NCBI GenBank assembly: GCA_965227295.1
Contig: OZ245742.1
Coordinates: forward strand, 3,712,001 to 3,776,000
Reading direction: 5' to 3'
Length of the DNA stretch: 64,000 nt
DNA from: Leptonemataceae bacterium
GTDB taxonomy: Bacteria; Spirochaetota; Leptospiria; Leptospirales; Leptonemataceae
Below the pieces are notes generated by a model. It saw nothing but the letters and a program-made list of their open reading frames with translations. It did no database searches and was not told where the DNA came from. Position numbers and translations under genes: made by a program. Positions 1 through 9,304 of this stretch are shown piece after piece. How positions within the stretch are numbered: position 1 is the stretch's first letter; each line of letters begins with the position of its first letter.

Positions 1-1033
1 CCAGTCCACCGTCGCCGGCGTCATCCAGATCGCCGAAGTCACCGCCCGCGGCGGCTGCATCGGCATCTCCGCCAAAGTCGCCGAGATCGCCGAGACCGAA
101 GTCGTCGCCAGTGGCCTCGGCTGCCACCGTGGGGTCATCGCCGCTCTCACCGAGATCAAAGTCCGTATCGCCGAATGATTCGGCCGGCATATCGAATTCG
201 TCCCCGGTTTCCGTCGCCGTGTCCTCTTCGGCGGTTTCCCCGGGATCGCCCAGGTCTCCGCCGAGGTCGCCGAGGTCGAAGTCTTCATCGGTTGCCGGAG
301 TTCTTTCGTCCGGCGTATCGCCCAAAAGATCGCCGAAGTCTCCGGCGTCAGCGGCCGGGTCACCGACATCGTCCGGCTGGAAATCGTCGAGACCGAGGCT
401 CAGGTCGTCGGAATCCGCGGCGTCACCAGGTCCGGTGTCCGCGGTGTCCTCATCGCCGCCGAGGAGGTCGCCGAAGCCGCCGTCATCCAGGCCCAGATCG
501 CCGAGATCGCCGGCATTCATTGCATCCGCGCTTGCATCCTCTCCGTCCGGCGCATCGCCGCCTGGATCGCCGAGGTCACCGAGGTCAAAATCACCGGCGT
601 CTTCCGCATCGGGCGTAGCATCGTCGCCGCCGAGAGTCTGGCCGACGTCAAGGTCGGCAAGTTCGTCGACGTCGAAGCCTTCACCCTGAAGCAGGGAGGG
701 ATCCTGTTCATCGCCTGCGTCTCCGCCGAGATCCGCAAAGTCGCCGGGGTCGTCCGGGGCGTCGCCGCCGAGATCACCGAGATCCAGGCCGGGACCGCCA
801 GCAGCGTCGTCGGCGTCCGGTTCACCATCTTCCGGTAGCGTGGAATCAGCCATAAGCTGTTCCATATCGAACTCGGGCTCTTCCGGTTCCGGTTCGAATT
901 CGCGCATATCCGACTCGAACTGCTCCTGCATCGGCGCAAAGACACCGGAAGAGGGTTCTTGCGTGAGCGGTTCGATAAGTTCCTGGATCTGTTCCAGTTC
1001 TTCGGGTGTGTACTGCTGCCCTTCGTCGGCCAT
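1..1033 (-). CDS. Highly acidic, low-complexity protein N-terminus (partial, runs off the window); possibly a FlcA-like flagellar collar protein
   Basis: Not in the ORF track because it is truncated. Reads open from ATG at 1033: MADEGQQYTPEELEQIQELIEPL..., then many D(F/L)GDLG/DLGDL repeats. The FlcA link is from recollection only. Confidence 0.65.
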   Translation of the reverse strand, partial: MADEGQQYTPEELEQIQELIEPLTQEPSSGVFAPMQEQFESDMREFEPEPEEPEFDMEQLMADSTLPEDGEPDADDAAGGPGLDLGDLGGDAPDDPGDFADLGGDAGDEQDPSLLQGEGFDVDELADLDVGQTLGGDDATPDAEDAGDFDLGDLGDPGGDAPDGEDASADAMNAGDLGDLGLDDGGFGDLLGGDEDTADTGPGDAADSDDLSLGLDDFQPDDVGDPAADAGDFGDLLGDTPDERTPATDEDFDLGDLGGDLGDPGETAEEDTATETGDEFDMPAESFGDTDFDLGESGDDPTVAAEATGDDFGLGDLGDFGGDADAAAAGGDFGDLDDAGDGGL

Positions 1034-1111
1034 AGTGATGTGAGCTATTTTTGCGGGTGATCGAGAAAGTTGTTAATCGATAACGGTTAAATTATCGACA
1101 TAATGTCGTAG

Positions 1112-2017
1112 ATGGTTCGCGATCATTTCCCGTTTTCCGTCGGATTTGTAAGCCGACTTTTGCCGTCCGGCCTGGTATTTTTTCTGATTCTGGCCGCCGT
1201 TCCGGAGCCGCGCTTCGCCCAGACCGCCGAAGACGCCTCGGAATGGGCCGGGGCCTACAATTCCGAGGATGCCGGTCTGGAAGAACCCCTGGACACCGGG
1301 CGACGAAAACAGGTCTACACCCTTCAGAACATCGAGACCCTGCGGCGCGCCGTGCGCCCGCGCTACGTGCGGGTGCTGAATCCGCGTCACTACGCCTCCG
1401 GCGATTCGGGATACCGTTCCTATTTGCAAAAGGGCATTCTGTTTACTTACGCCAGCTATCGTTCCCGGCGAGTCTTCCTCTCCGGCGACTTCAGCAACTG
1501 GGGCAACATCCCCATGCGGCGCAACGAGATGGGTGTGTTTTACCACATCCTCCCGGTCCGCGAGCTCGAGGCCGGGCGAATCATCGAGGCTTATCGCTAC
1601 AAGTTCCTGGTGGACGGCATCTGGACCGCCGATCCCACCCATCCGAATACCGAAGACGACGGCCTGGGCGGCTCTCTCTCCGTCTACTATCTGGACGATA
1701 TCGATGTCAACCGTCTGGCGACCGTGCGCGTCTTGAAAGAACGCGAGCCCTCTTTCGAGCGGCTGGTGGAGTTTGCGATCTATCTGCCGGATGCGGAGAA
1801 CCTCTCGCTGGTGGGCGAGTTCAACAACTGGAATCCGGAGCACGATTTCATGACGAAGGGCGAGGATGGTGTCTTTCGTCTGCGAATGCGATTGCGTCCC
1901 GGCGGGTACGTGTATAAGTTTGTCGCTGACGGTAAATGGATTCTCGACAAATACAACGAAGAAACGCGGTACCACGAGATCCTGGGCGAACTCTGCTCCT
2001 TCCTCGAAATCGAGTAG
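1112..2017 (+). CDS. Exported protein with two CBM48/AMPK-beta-like glycogen-binding domains
   Basis: Signal-like N-terminus; two repeats, VFLSGDFSNW...YRYKFLVDGIW..DP and LVGEFNNW...YVYKFVADGKW. Confidence 0.85.
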   Translation: MVRDHFPFSVGFVSRLLPSGLVFFLILAAVPEPRFAQTAEDASEWAGAYNSEDAGLEEPLDTGRRKQVYTLQNIETLRRAVRPRYVRVLNPRHYASGDSGYRSYLQKGILFTYASYRSRRVFLSGDFSNWGNIPMRRNEMGVFYHILPVRELEAGRIIEAYRYKFLVDGIWTADPTHPNTEDDGLGGSLSVYYLDDIDVNRLATVRVLKEREPSFERLVEFAIYLPDAENLSLVGEFNNWNPEHDFMTKGEDGVFRLRMRLRPGGYVYKFVADGKWILDKYNEETRYHEILGELCSFLEIE

Positions 2018-3993
2018 CACTCGCCGCACTGCTGGCTCTGGCCCTGCCGGTCCAGGCGTTCGTCTCCCAGGATGCCCCGCTGGCCCAGACCCCCGAACCG
2101 CCGCCGGAGCAGACACCGGAACCGCCCGCCGAAAACGTCCATCCCCTGGACGGGCCCATTCACATCTCCGGGAGCTTCGGCGAGTACCGCAAGTTCGGTC
2201 GTTATCACCACGGTCTCGATTACAAGACGTTCAACCGTAACGGCTTGCCGGTACGGACGCCCTTCGACGGTTTCGTAGATCGTGTGCATGTCTCGGATCG
2301 TGGTTACGGCTTCGGTCTCTTTCTCACCGCGCCGGACGGAACACGCACCACCTACGGTCACCTCAACGATTTCGACTGCGATCAACCGGACCTGGAGCTT
2401 CTGCGCCGTGCGATGCGCCTGCTCACATTTCGTCGCGGCGTGATGGTGGGCATACCTCCGCGTTGGTTTCGCTTCAAAGCGGGAGACTGCATTGCCCGGA
2501 GCGGGGAGTCGGGCTCGGGGGCGCCGCACCTGCATTTCGAGGTTTTCCAGAACGGCCGGTTCATCGATCCGTTGTCGCTCCAGGGCCTGCACGTGGGGGA
2601 CCGCGAGGCCCCGCATCTGCTTAATCTGTACGTAGATCGCGCCGGTGGGGAGATACTCCGTTTCCCTGTGCGGCGCGTCGTGGAAGACCCGGAAACGAAA
2701 CCACAAGAACTCAGCGACCGTGACTTAGTGCGCGGCGGCACCGCAGTGGATGCCTCGCTGTCGCGGGGCGATCGACCGCCACCGGAGACCGTTCGTTACG
2801 AAATCGATTCCAATGCGGAAGACCTGCCGGAGCTCCGGGCCGGCGATCGCGTGCGGTTGCTGATCGGAGCTTATGATCGAATGGCGGCGCGAAATCGCAA
2901 TGGCGTGCGCCGGCTGAAGCTCGTCGTAGACGGCCGTGAAATCTATCGTCAGGACATCGACGCGCTGAGTCGCGGCGATCTCGTGCGATCCAGTACCGTC
3001 TACCATACGGCCCGGACGGTCATCGGCAACGAGTACGTGTATTTGTTGTACCGTGGGAGCGGCCGCTTCACGGCCGGGCAGCCCATCGAGGTTACCGTGA
3101 GCGATGCATCGGGCAACCAGGCGGTGCTGGACGTGCGCTTGCCGCTTTCCGGGGAATCCGGGCCGTCCCGGGAATCGCGCCGGGAAGAGAAACGCCTGCG
3201 GCCGGAGGTCCCGTTCCAGACCGTGCCGGCCGGCCGCACGACGAAGCTCCAGGCCGGCGACGCTGACGCCAGGATGGAAGTTCGCTTTGATGCGCGCAGC
3301 CTGCACGAGACCGGCGAAGCGCGCTTCTTTCGATTGAACGCGGCTCCGGAAAATACGCGCGGCCAGTTCACGCGCCCCGAGGAGGGCGTTTCCGGGGCAG
3401 GGAAACGCGCGGGCATTTACTCTCCGACGGGGCCGGTCTTTGTCCTCGAAGGGCGGGACCTGTTTTATCGCAGCGGGGCCTGGGCGACGGCCGAATTCCC
3501 GGACGTGCCGGAAGTCGACGGCCGCGTGGCGTTGTACGTTTATAATTATACTCTGGAACGATGGTTGCTCGTGGCCTTCCCATATCGCCGCCGTGCGACG
3601 ACCGACGATCGTCCCGGGCGTCTGTACTATCGTTTCAACATGCGTTACGAAGGACCCCTGGCGCAACTCCGCGACCACAGCCCGCCGCGGCTGCTGGACA
3701 AACCGCTCTGGGACGATCCGACGATCACCAACGAGCGCGGGACCGAGTTCGTGCGCGAGTACATGATCGCCGACGCGGGCAGCGGCTTCAGCAGGGCCGA
3801 CTCGCAGGTTCTGGTCGACGGCCGGCCGGTGCCGTTCGAGTACGTGCGCGACCGCGCGGTGATTCGTGTGGCGTTGCCGAAGTCCCTCGTGCCGCAGCAC
3901 GGGGTGGTGATCTCGGTGCGCGTGGGGGATCACGGCGGTAACACGGCGCCGTGGTTTTTCGATTTCCTCGAACCGCCCGCCGCGACGGATTGA
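1936..3993 (+). CDS. M23 family metallopeptidase (true start uncertain, probably nearer 2010)
   Basis: GSFGEYR..HHGLD, YGHL and SGSGAPHLHFE motifs. Confidence 0.85.
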   Translation: MDSRQIQRRNAVPRDPGRTLLLPRNRVALAALLALALPVQAFVSQDAPLAQTPEPPPEQTPEPPAENVHPLDGPIHISGSFGEYRKFGRYHHGLDYKTFNRNGLPVRTPFDGFVDRVHVSDRGYGFGLFLTAPDGTRTTYGHLNDFDCDQPDLELLRRAMRLLTFRRGVMVGIPPRWFRFKAGDCIARSGESGSGAPHLHFEVFQNGRFIDPLSLQGLHVGDREAPHLLNLYVDRAGGEILRFPVRRVVEDPETKPQELSDRDLVRGGTAVDASLSRGDRPPPETVRYEIDSNAEDLPELRAGDRVRLLIGAYDRMAARNRNGVRRLKLVVDGREIYRQDIDALSRGDLVRSSTVYHTARTVIGNEYVYLLYRGSGRFTAGQPIEVTVSDASGNQAVLDVRLPLSGESGPSRESRREEKRLRPEVPFQTVPAGRTTKLQAGDADARMEVRFDARSLHETGEARFFRLNAAPENTRGQFTRPEEGVSGAGKRAGIYSPTGPVFVLEGRDLFYRSGAWATAEFPDVPEVDGRVALYVYNYTLERWLLVAFPYRRRATTDDRPGRLYYRFNMRYEGPLAQLRDHSPPRLLDKPLWDDPTITNERGTEFVREYMIADAGSGFSRADSQVLVDGRPVPFEYVRDRAVIRVALPKSLVPQHGVVISVRVGDHGGNTAPWFFDFLEPPAATD

Positions 3994-4000
3994 ATGCACA

Positions 4001-4489
4001 GGCTTAATGTACACTGGCCTTAACTTACACCACGATTCGGGGCGTAAGCGAACGAATAAACGTTTCCGGTAGTTCAAGAGCCGTGTTTCGCGGCGTTTGC
4101 CGTTAGACACATAAGGTAAGTTGCGCAATGCTGAAGGGACTTTTTTTGCTACGGCTGAGCGGGAGTTGTGGATTTTCGTTTTGCTAAGTTAGTCCGCCTC
4201 GACCCGGACGTCGGTTTGCGGCTCAGTTACCGTAGCGATTCTTACGGCGAAGACGCCGTTCCGGTGCGCGCCCCACATTTCCCCGGCATGACCTCCGTGG
4301 TCGCCTGGAACCAGTTGTACCCATAAAAGGCTTAATGTACACTGGCCTTTACTTACACCACGATTCGGGGCGTGCGCAAACTACCCGTGTTGCGCAATGC
4401 TGAAGGGACTTTTTTTGCTACGGCTGAGCGGGAGTTGTGGATTTTCGTTTTGTTAAGGATGCTGCATTCGACCCGGACGCGGGTTTGCG
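4001..4489. repeat. Tandem imperfect duplication of a non-coding module
   Basis: 45-nt block at 4001-4045 and 4329-4373 (1 mismatch); about 69-nt block at 4120-4188 and 4389-4457 (1 mismatch); TCGACCCGGACG at 4199-4210 and 4468-4479. Confidence 0.9.
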
Positions 4490-4504
4490 ACTTCGTTGAG
4501 AAAC

Positions 4505-6553
4505 CTACGCCGGGTCCACCCAGGCGTCGTTGTCTTTCAGGAGTTGCACCAGTTCGGCGTCGGCCCGGTCGGAGGGCACGTTTGCTTTGACGATCTCTTT
4601 GCCCTTGTACAGATGAATGTGGCCGGGAGCCGCACCGACGTAGCCGAAGTCGGCGTCGGCCATCTCGCCGGGGCCGTTGACGATGCAGCCCATCACCGCG
4701 ATCTTTACGCCCTTGAGGTGGCCGGTCTTCGCCTTTATGCGTGCCGTGGTGCTTTGCAGATCGAAGAGGGTGCGCCCGCAGGATGGACACGAAATGAATT
4801 CCGTTTTCGACAACCGCATGCGCACGGCCTGAAGCAGGTCCAGGTTCAACGCGAGCAGTTCGTCCGGAGTCGCCGGTTCTTCCACAATCGTAAGCAGGCC
4901 GTCGCCGATACCGTCGAGCAGCAATGCCCCGCCGTGAATGGCGGCGTCGTAGACGGCGTCTTCCACGGTTGCGTGCGCACTGCGCAGCAGGATCGGGAAC
5001 AGATCCGCGCCGTGATCGCGATGTCGCGTTTGTAACGCAGCCGCTAAGATGCGCACGACGGCGGTCTGGCTGAGTCCGTCGCGGGCGTTCGTCGCGAGGC
5101 CGGCGGAGTAGACGACGTGAGCGGAAAGATCCTGCATGATCTTCTCCAGGCGCCCGACTTCGGCCGCATCGGCGTTCGTGAAGAGGAAGTTCAGGAACAG
5201 GGTGCGGTTCCCCACGGCGGTTCGAATCCCGGCGAGGGCCGTCTCATCCTGCGCATCCGCGAGATCTATGTCCAGTGCGATGCCCGCGTTCGCCGGAAAC
5301 TCCGCGGTTGATGCCGCATTCCGCGCGAAACCGAGGTCGATGATCCACGCGGCGTCGGGTTGCTCCGGCAACTGATCCGGCCGGCCTTTGACGTAAAACG
5401 CATCGGCGCCGCCGTCTTTCAGTAACTGCAACTGACCCGAGGTTACGGCGTGAGCGTTCACCGGCAACACGATCCGGTGCTGGTGCTTCGAGCCGAGATA
5501 CAACGGGCCGGTCTGCACGGCCTCGGAAAGAAAGCGTTCGTAGACGTAGGGGTTGACCGTTTCGTAAGCGGCGCGCGTTAGATGATCGGCCACCGCTACG
5601 GGCTGAGGCCCCGTGGTCGTACCCGGGGCGGAACGGGCGTGCATTTCGTTGTAGTACGCGGCGATGCGTCGTGCCGCGGGAATTTCGTACACCGCGTCCT
5701 CCGTAAGGGATACGCGAATCGTGTCGCCGATGCCGTCGTTGAGTAGCGCGCCGATGCCCACGGCGCTCTTGATGCGTCCGTCGCGGCCGTCGCCCGCCTC
5801 GGTGACGCCCAGGTGTAGCGGATAGTCGAAGCCTTCGATGTAGTAACGTTCGATCAGCAGACGGTAGGCCTGGATCATGACCTGCGGATTCGAGGCTTTC
5901 ATGGAAACGACGATGTCGTGAAAATCCTCGGCACGGGCGAACTGGATAAACTCGACGGCTGATTCCACCATGCCCTGGGGGGTATCGCCGAAGCGATTCA
6001 TGATGCGATCCGAAAGTGAGCCGTGGTTCGTGCCGATGCGCAGCGCACGGCCCAGTTCCTTCGCGCGGCGAACCAGGGGGCGAAACGTCTCGCGCACGCG
6101 CTCCAGTTCTTCGGCGTAGGCCGCGTCGCTGTATTCAAGGACTTTGAATTTCTTTTTGTCCGCGAAGTTGCCCGGATTGATGCGGACTTTCTCGACGTGT
6201 TCCACGGCGATGAGCGCGGCCTTCGGGGCAAAGTGGATGTCCGCCACCACCGGAAAATCGTAACCACGCTTGCGGAGTTCGGCTTTGATATTCGCGAGGT
6301 TCTCCGCGTCCTTCGGTCCCGGTGCGGTAATGCGCACGAGTTGCGAGCCGGCTTCGTAGAGCTCAATGGCCTCGCGGACCGTGGCTTCCGTGTTCATGGT
6401 GTCGGCGACGGTCATGCTCTGGAGGATGATGGGATTGTTCCCACCGACTTTCACGCCGCCGATGTTCACCTCGCGGCTTTGAAAGCGGCGGTAGACGAAC
6501 GGGGAGTCGATATAGCGGCCGGCGGGGCGAGACGCGGATGCAACCGGAGACAT
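4505..6553 (-). CDS. ispG: (E)-4-hydroxy-3-methylbut-2-enyl-diphosphate synthase (long form)
   Basis: QSMT, ADIHF, RINPGN, RIGTNHGSLS, HLGVTEAG, SCPSCGR and MGCIVNGPGE motifs. Confidence 0.97.
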   Translation of the reverse strand: MSPVASASRPAGRYIDSPFVYRRFQSREVNIGGVKVGGNNPIILQSMTVADTMNTEATVREAIELYEAGSQLVRITAPGPKDAENLANIKAELRKRGYDFPVVADIHFAPKAALIAVEHVEKVRINPGNFADKKKFKVLEYSDAAYAEELERVRETFRPLVRRAKELGRALRIGTNHGSLSDRIMNRFGDTPQGMVESAVEFIQFARAEDFHDIVVSMKASNPQVMIQAYRLLIERYYIEGFDYPLHLGVTEAGDGRDGRIKSAVGIGALLNDGIGDTIRVSLTEDAVYEIPAARRIAAYYNEMHARSAPGTTTGPQPVAVADHLTRAAYETVNPYVYERFLSEAVQTGPLYLGSKHQHRIVLPVNAHAVTSGQLQLLKDGGADAFYVKGRPDQLPEQPDAAWIIDLGFARNAASTAEFPANAGIALDIDLADAQDETALAGIRTAVGNRTLFLNFLFTNADAAEVGRLEKIMQDLSAHVVYSAGLATNARDGLSQTAVVRILAAALQTRHRDHGADLFPILLRSAHATVEDAVYDAAIHGGALLLDGIGDGLLTIVEEPATPDELLALNLDLLQAVRMRLSKTEFISCPSCGRTLFDLQSTTARIKAKTGHLKGVKIAVMGCIVNGPGEMADADFGYVGAAPGHIHLYKGKEIVKANVPSDRADAELVQLLKDNDAWVDPA

Positions 6554-6674
6554 ACTGCTAAATAAACGCGGGTTCATACGCAGACAACCAGAATCCTGCG
6601 GGCCCGCAGTCTTTTGGGAATATCCATTCACAATGTAATTGACTGCTGCCCGCCGATGAAAAGAGCATTAAGAC

Positions 6675-8456
6675 ATGGCTTTTTCCGTCCCCACCACATC
6701 CGTCCTGACTTCCAATGCCTCCCCGCACGCTCGCGGCGAGGAACTGGCGCCCAATCCCGCGCTCGAATCCTTCGATATCTCCAACTACACCGGCGTGCGC
6801 GGTACGAATTTTTACGATACCGATCCGCTGTTGCATCGGATTATTGCACGGCACTCCGGGGACTACGCGGGGGATCACCGCGACGCCATGACGCAGCACC
6901 TGAGTGATTTCGGCGCGCTCGTGGGTGACACCCTGGATCGGCTCATCGACGCCGCGCACAAAGAAGGCAAGTACGGCGACGTCGTGAAGTATGATCATAC
7001 CGGCAATCGCATCGACGAGGTTCGTTACTGCCCCGAACAAATGGAAGCGCGTCGTTTGAGTTACGAGGCCGGCCTGGTGAGTCTCGATCATTTCCCGGAC
7101 TGGAAGTACGACTACACGATGTTGCATCGCATGGCCATGGCTTACGTTTCGAATCAAAACGGGGAGGCCGGCATCAATTGCCCGCTCGCCATGACCGACG
7201 GCATGATCCGCGTGTTGAAGGCCCTGGGTACCGAGGAACAACAGCAAAAGTATCTGCCGATGGTGGCCGGCCCGGAGAGTACTTCGTACTTCATGGCGGG
7301 CCAGTACGTCACCGAGCGCGTCGGCGGATCGAACGTGGGGCAGAACCGGACCACCGCGCGCCGCCGGGAAGACGGCAAGTGGATCCTGAACGGCGAGAAG
7401 TGGTTCTGCTCGAACCCCGGCGATCTCTGGGTCACGACCGCGCGGATTCAAAACGAACGCGGCGAAGACACCAACAGCATCGGCATGTTCCTGGTCCCGC
7501 GCATCACCGACGAGGGCGAGCTGAACGGCTGCCACATCTTACGCAAGAAGGATATTATCGGTTCGCGGGGCAAGATCACGGTGGAGACGGTCTATCGGGA
7601 CCTGGTCGCCGAGGAACTCGGTCGCCCGGCCCACGGTCTCGCAAACATGATCAAGTACGTCATCAATACATCGCGCATTCACGTGGCCGTGGCGGCCATC
7701 GGTATGTCCCGCCGCGCGTTCATTGAGGGCCGTGCGTACGCGGGGCATCGCGAGGCCTACGGCAAGAAAGTCGTGGAGTTCCCGACGGTGCTACGGACCC
7801 TCGCGGAAATGCAGATCCTGCACAGCACGATCGTGTGGACCTGTTTCCGTAACTTTCTTTTACGTGATGCTACGGGCAGTGAGTTCGCGAAGGCCGCGGA
7901 TTTGCTCACGCCGCTTTTGAAATACGCGTCCACGACGCATGCGACCTGGATCACCCACGAGGCCATGATGCTTCACGGCGGCAACGGTATCCTGGGCGAC
8001 TTCAGCATCCTGCCGCGGCTCCACAACGACGCGATCATCAACGAAACCTGGGAGGGCACGCACAACATCATCGGCGAGCATACGCTCAAGGCCTTCGGTC
8101 GTCCTAAGGTACGCGAAGCATACTTTAAGATGCTCGACGAAAATGTCGCCGGCGCCGGTCCGGAGCTTGCGTCGGCCGTAGCATCTTACGAGCGGGAACG
8201 CAAACTTCTGGATCAGGCCCAGAAGAATCACGAGTGGGCGGAGATGAACCGGCTCTATGTCTGCGATTCATTGTACCACGCCTTTGCGATTTCGGAGTGG
8301 ATCGCCCAGGCGAAGTTGAACGACGACGAAGTCGAGGTGATGCGAGGTTTTGCGCTGGGCCTCGCCGAGATCGCTGAGCGGGGCCGCCTGGGTCCGACGC
8401 GGCCGGACGGGATCTTCGCGGACCTCGCGCTCATGCAGAAGATCGTCGAGTACTGA
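6675..8456 (+). CDS. Acyl-CoA dehydrogenase (AidB-like)
   Basis: CPLAMTDG, GQYVTERVGGS, NGEKWFCS, HGGNG and TWEGT motifs. Confidence 0.9.
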   Translation: MAFSVPTTSVLTSNASPHARGEELAPNPALESFDISNYTGVRGTNFYDTDPLLHRIIARHSGDYAGDHRDAMTQHLSDFGALVGDTLDRLIDAAHKEGKYGDVVKYDHTGNRIDEVRYCPEQMEARRLSYEAGLVSLDHFPDWKYDYTMLHRMAMAYVSNQNGEAGINCPLAMTDGMIRVLKALGTEEQQQKYLPMVAGPESTSYFMAGQYVTERVGGSNVGQNRTTARRREDGKWILNGEKWFCSNPGDLWVTTARIQNERGEDTNSIGMFLVPRITDEGELNGCHILRKKDIIGSRGKITVETVYRDLVAEELGRPAHGLANMIKYVINTSRIHVAVAAIGMSRRAFIEGRAYAGHREAYGKKVVEFPTVLRTLAEMQILHSTIVWTCFRNFLLRDATGSEFAKAADLLTPLLKYASTTHATWITHEAMMLHGGNGILGDFSILPRLHNDAIINETWEGTHNIIGEHTLKAFGRPKVREAYFKMLDENVAGAGPELASAVASYERERKLLDQAQKNHEWAEMNRLYVCDSLYHAFAISEWIAQAKLNDDEVEVMRGFALGLAEIAERGRLGPTRPDGIFADLALMQKIVEY

Positions 8457-8625
8457 GCAGTATGTGAAGCTTGAAGACTACATCGCCAGGCTAACGCCGG
8501 CAGAACGCATCCATGTTGCCGCACAACCAATCGGCCGACGCATTATTGCAGGCGAAGGTCATCGATGTGGGGCGATGCGGAGGATGTTGCCCGGGTTTAT
8601 GGAGCAGGAATAGATTTCTGCGCAA

Positions 8626-9183
8626 TTACCAGAGCACGGCTTCGATCGCATCCATGGATAGCGTTCCGAGTTGCCGTGAGTCCAGGGCGTCCCGGCGGTT
8701 GTCAGCCAACAGAAAGATCTCACCGTCTTTTACGATCAGCGGCCCGGCAAAGTCACGGCGGATGCCCGAAACCGCATCGCCCGGATACTCGATGCTCTTC
8801 TGAATCTGGCGCTCCCAATCGGCGGCGACGGGCTCGTTATTGATAAAGAGCTTTCGCGCATGGATCTGTACCTGTTCGCCGGGCAGACCGACTACGCGGC
8901 GGACCATCCATTGCTCGTCGTCGTTCGGATGGCGGATCAGCACGATCGCGCCGCGTTCGAGAGACGTGGCGCTGAAGATTCTCAGGAAATAGGCTTTGGA
9001 GCCGGCGGGCAGCGCCGGGGCCATATCGGCACTCGACAGGACCACCGGAAAGACCAGAAAGCCGTGGATGATCCAGCGCAGGACGGCGGCGAGCACCAGG
9101 CCGATGACGGCGCCCCGAATCCAGTCACCGGTACTCAGGCCTTCTTTCCTGGTGGGTACAAGATCTCGATCACGACGGACCAT
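8626..9183 (-). CDS. lepB: Signal peptidase I (S26)-like protein
   Basis: N-terminal TM; SSADMAPAL, VRRVVGLPGE and LADNRRDALDSR (the catalytic Lys position appears as Arg). Confidence 0.75.
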   Translation of the reverse strand: MVRRDRDLVPTRKEGLSTGDWIRGAVIGLVLAAVLRWIIHGFLVFPVVLSSADMAPALPAGSKAYFLRIFSATSLERGAIVLIRHPNDDEQWMVRRVVGLPGEQVQIHARKLFINNEPVAADWERQIQKSIEYPGDAVSGIRRDFAGPLIVKDGEIFLLADNRRDALDSRQLGTLSMDAIEAVLW

Positions 9184-9304
9184 ACGTAACAGAAGGGCGT
9201 GCGAGGCCGGGCGGGCCGTCAAGCAGAAGCTGTACGGTCTGATCGAGCCTGCCCCGGGAAAAACCGGTCGCTCCCAGGTCGGCACCGAAAATCATGTCCG
9301 CAGC

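Noticed and set aside
111..945. Ser/Pro/Arg-rich ORFs in the track
   Set aside because: They are shadows of the acidic minus-strand CDS ending at 1033.
4001..4489. CRISPR array
   Set aside because: Only two copies of long blocks with irregular spacing, and no cas genes.
8465..8613. Short ORF VKLEDYIARLTPAERIH..., resembling an addiction-module antitoxin remnant
   Set aside because: Too short, and the similarity is too weak to support.
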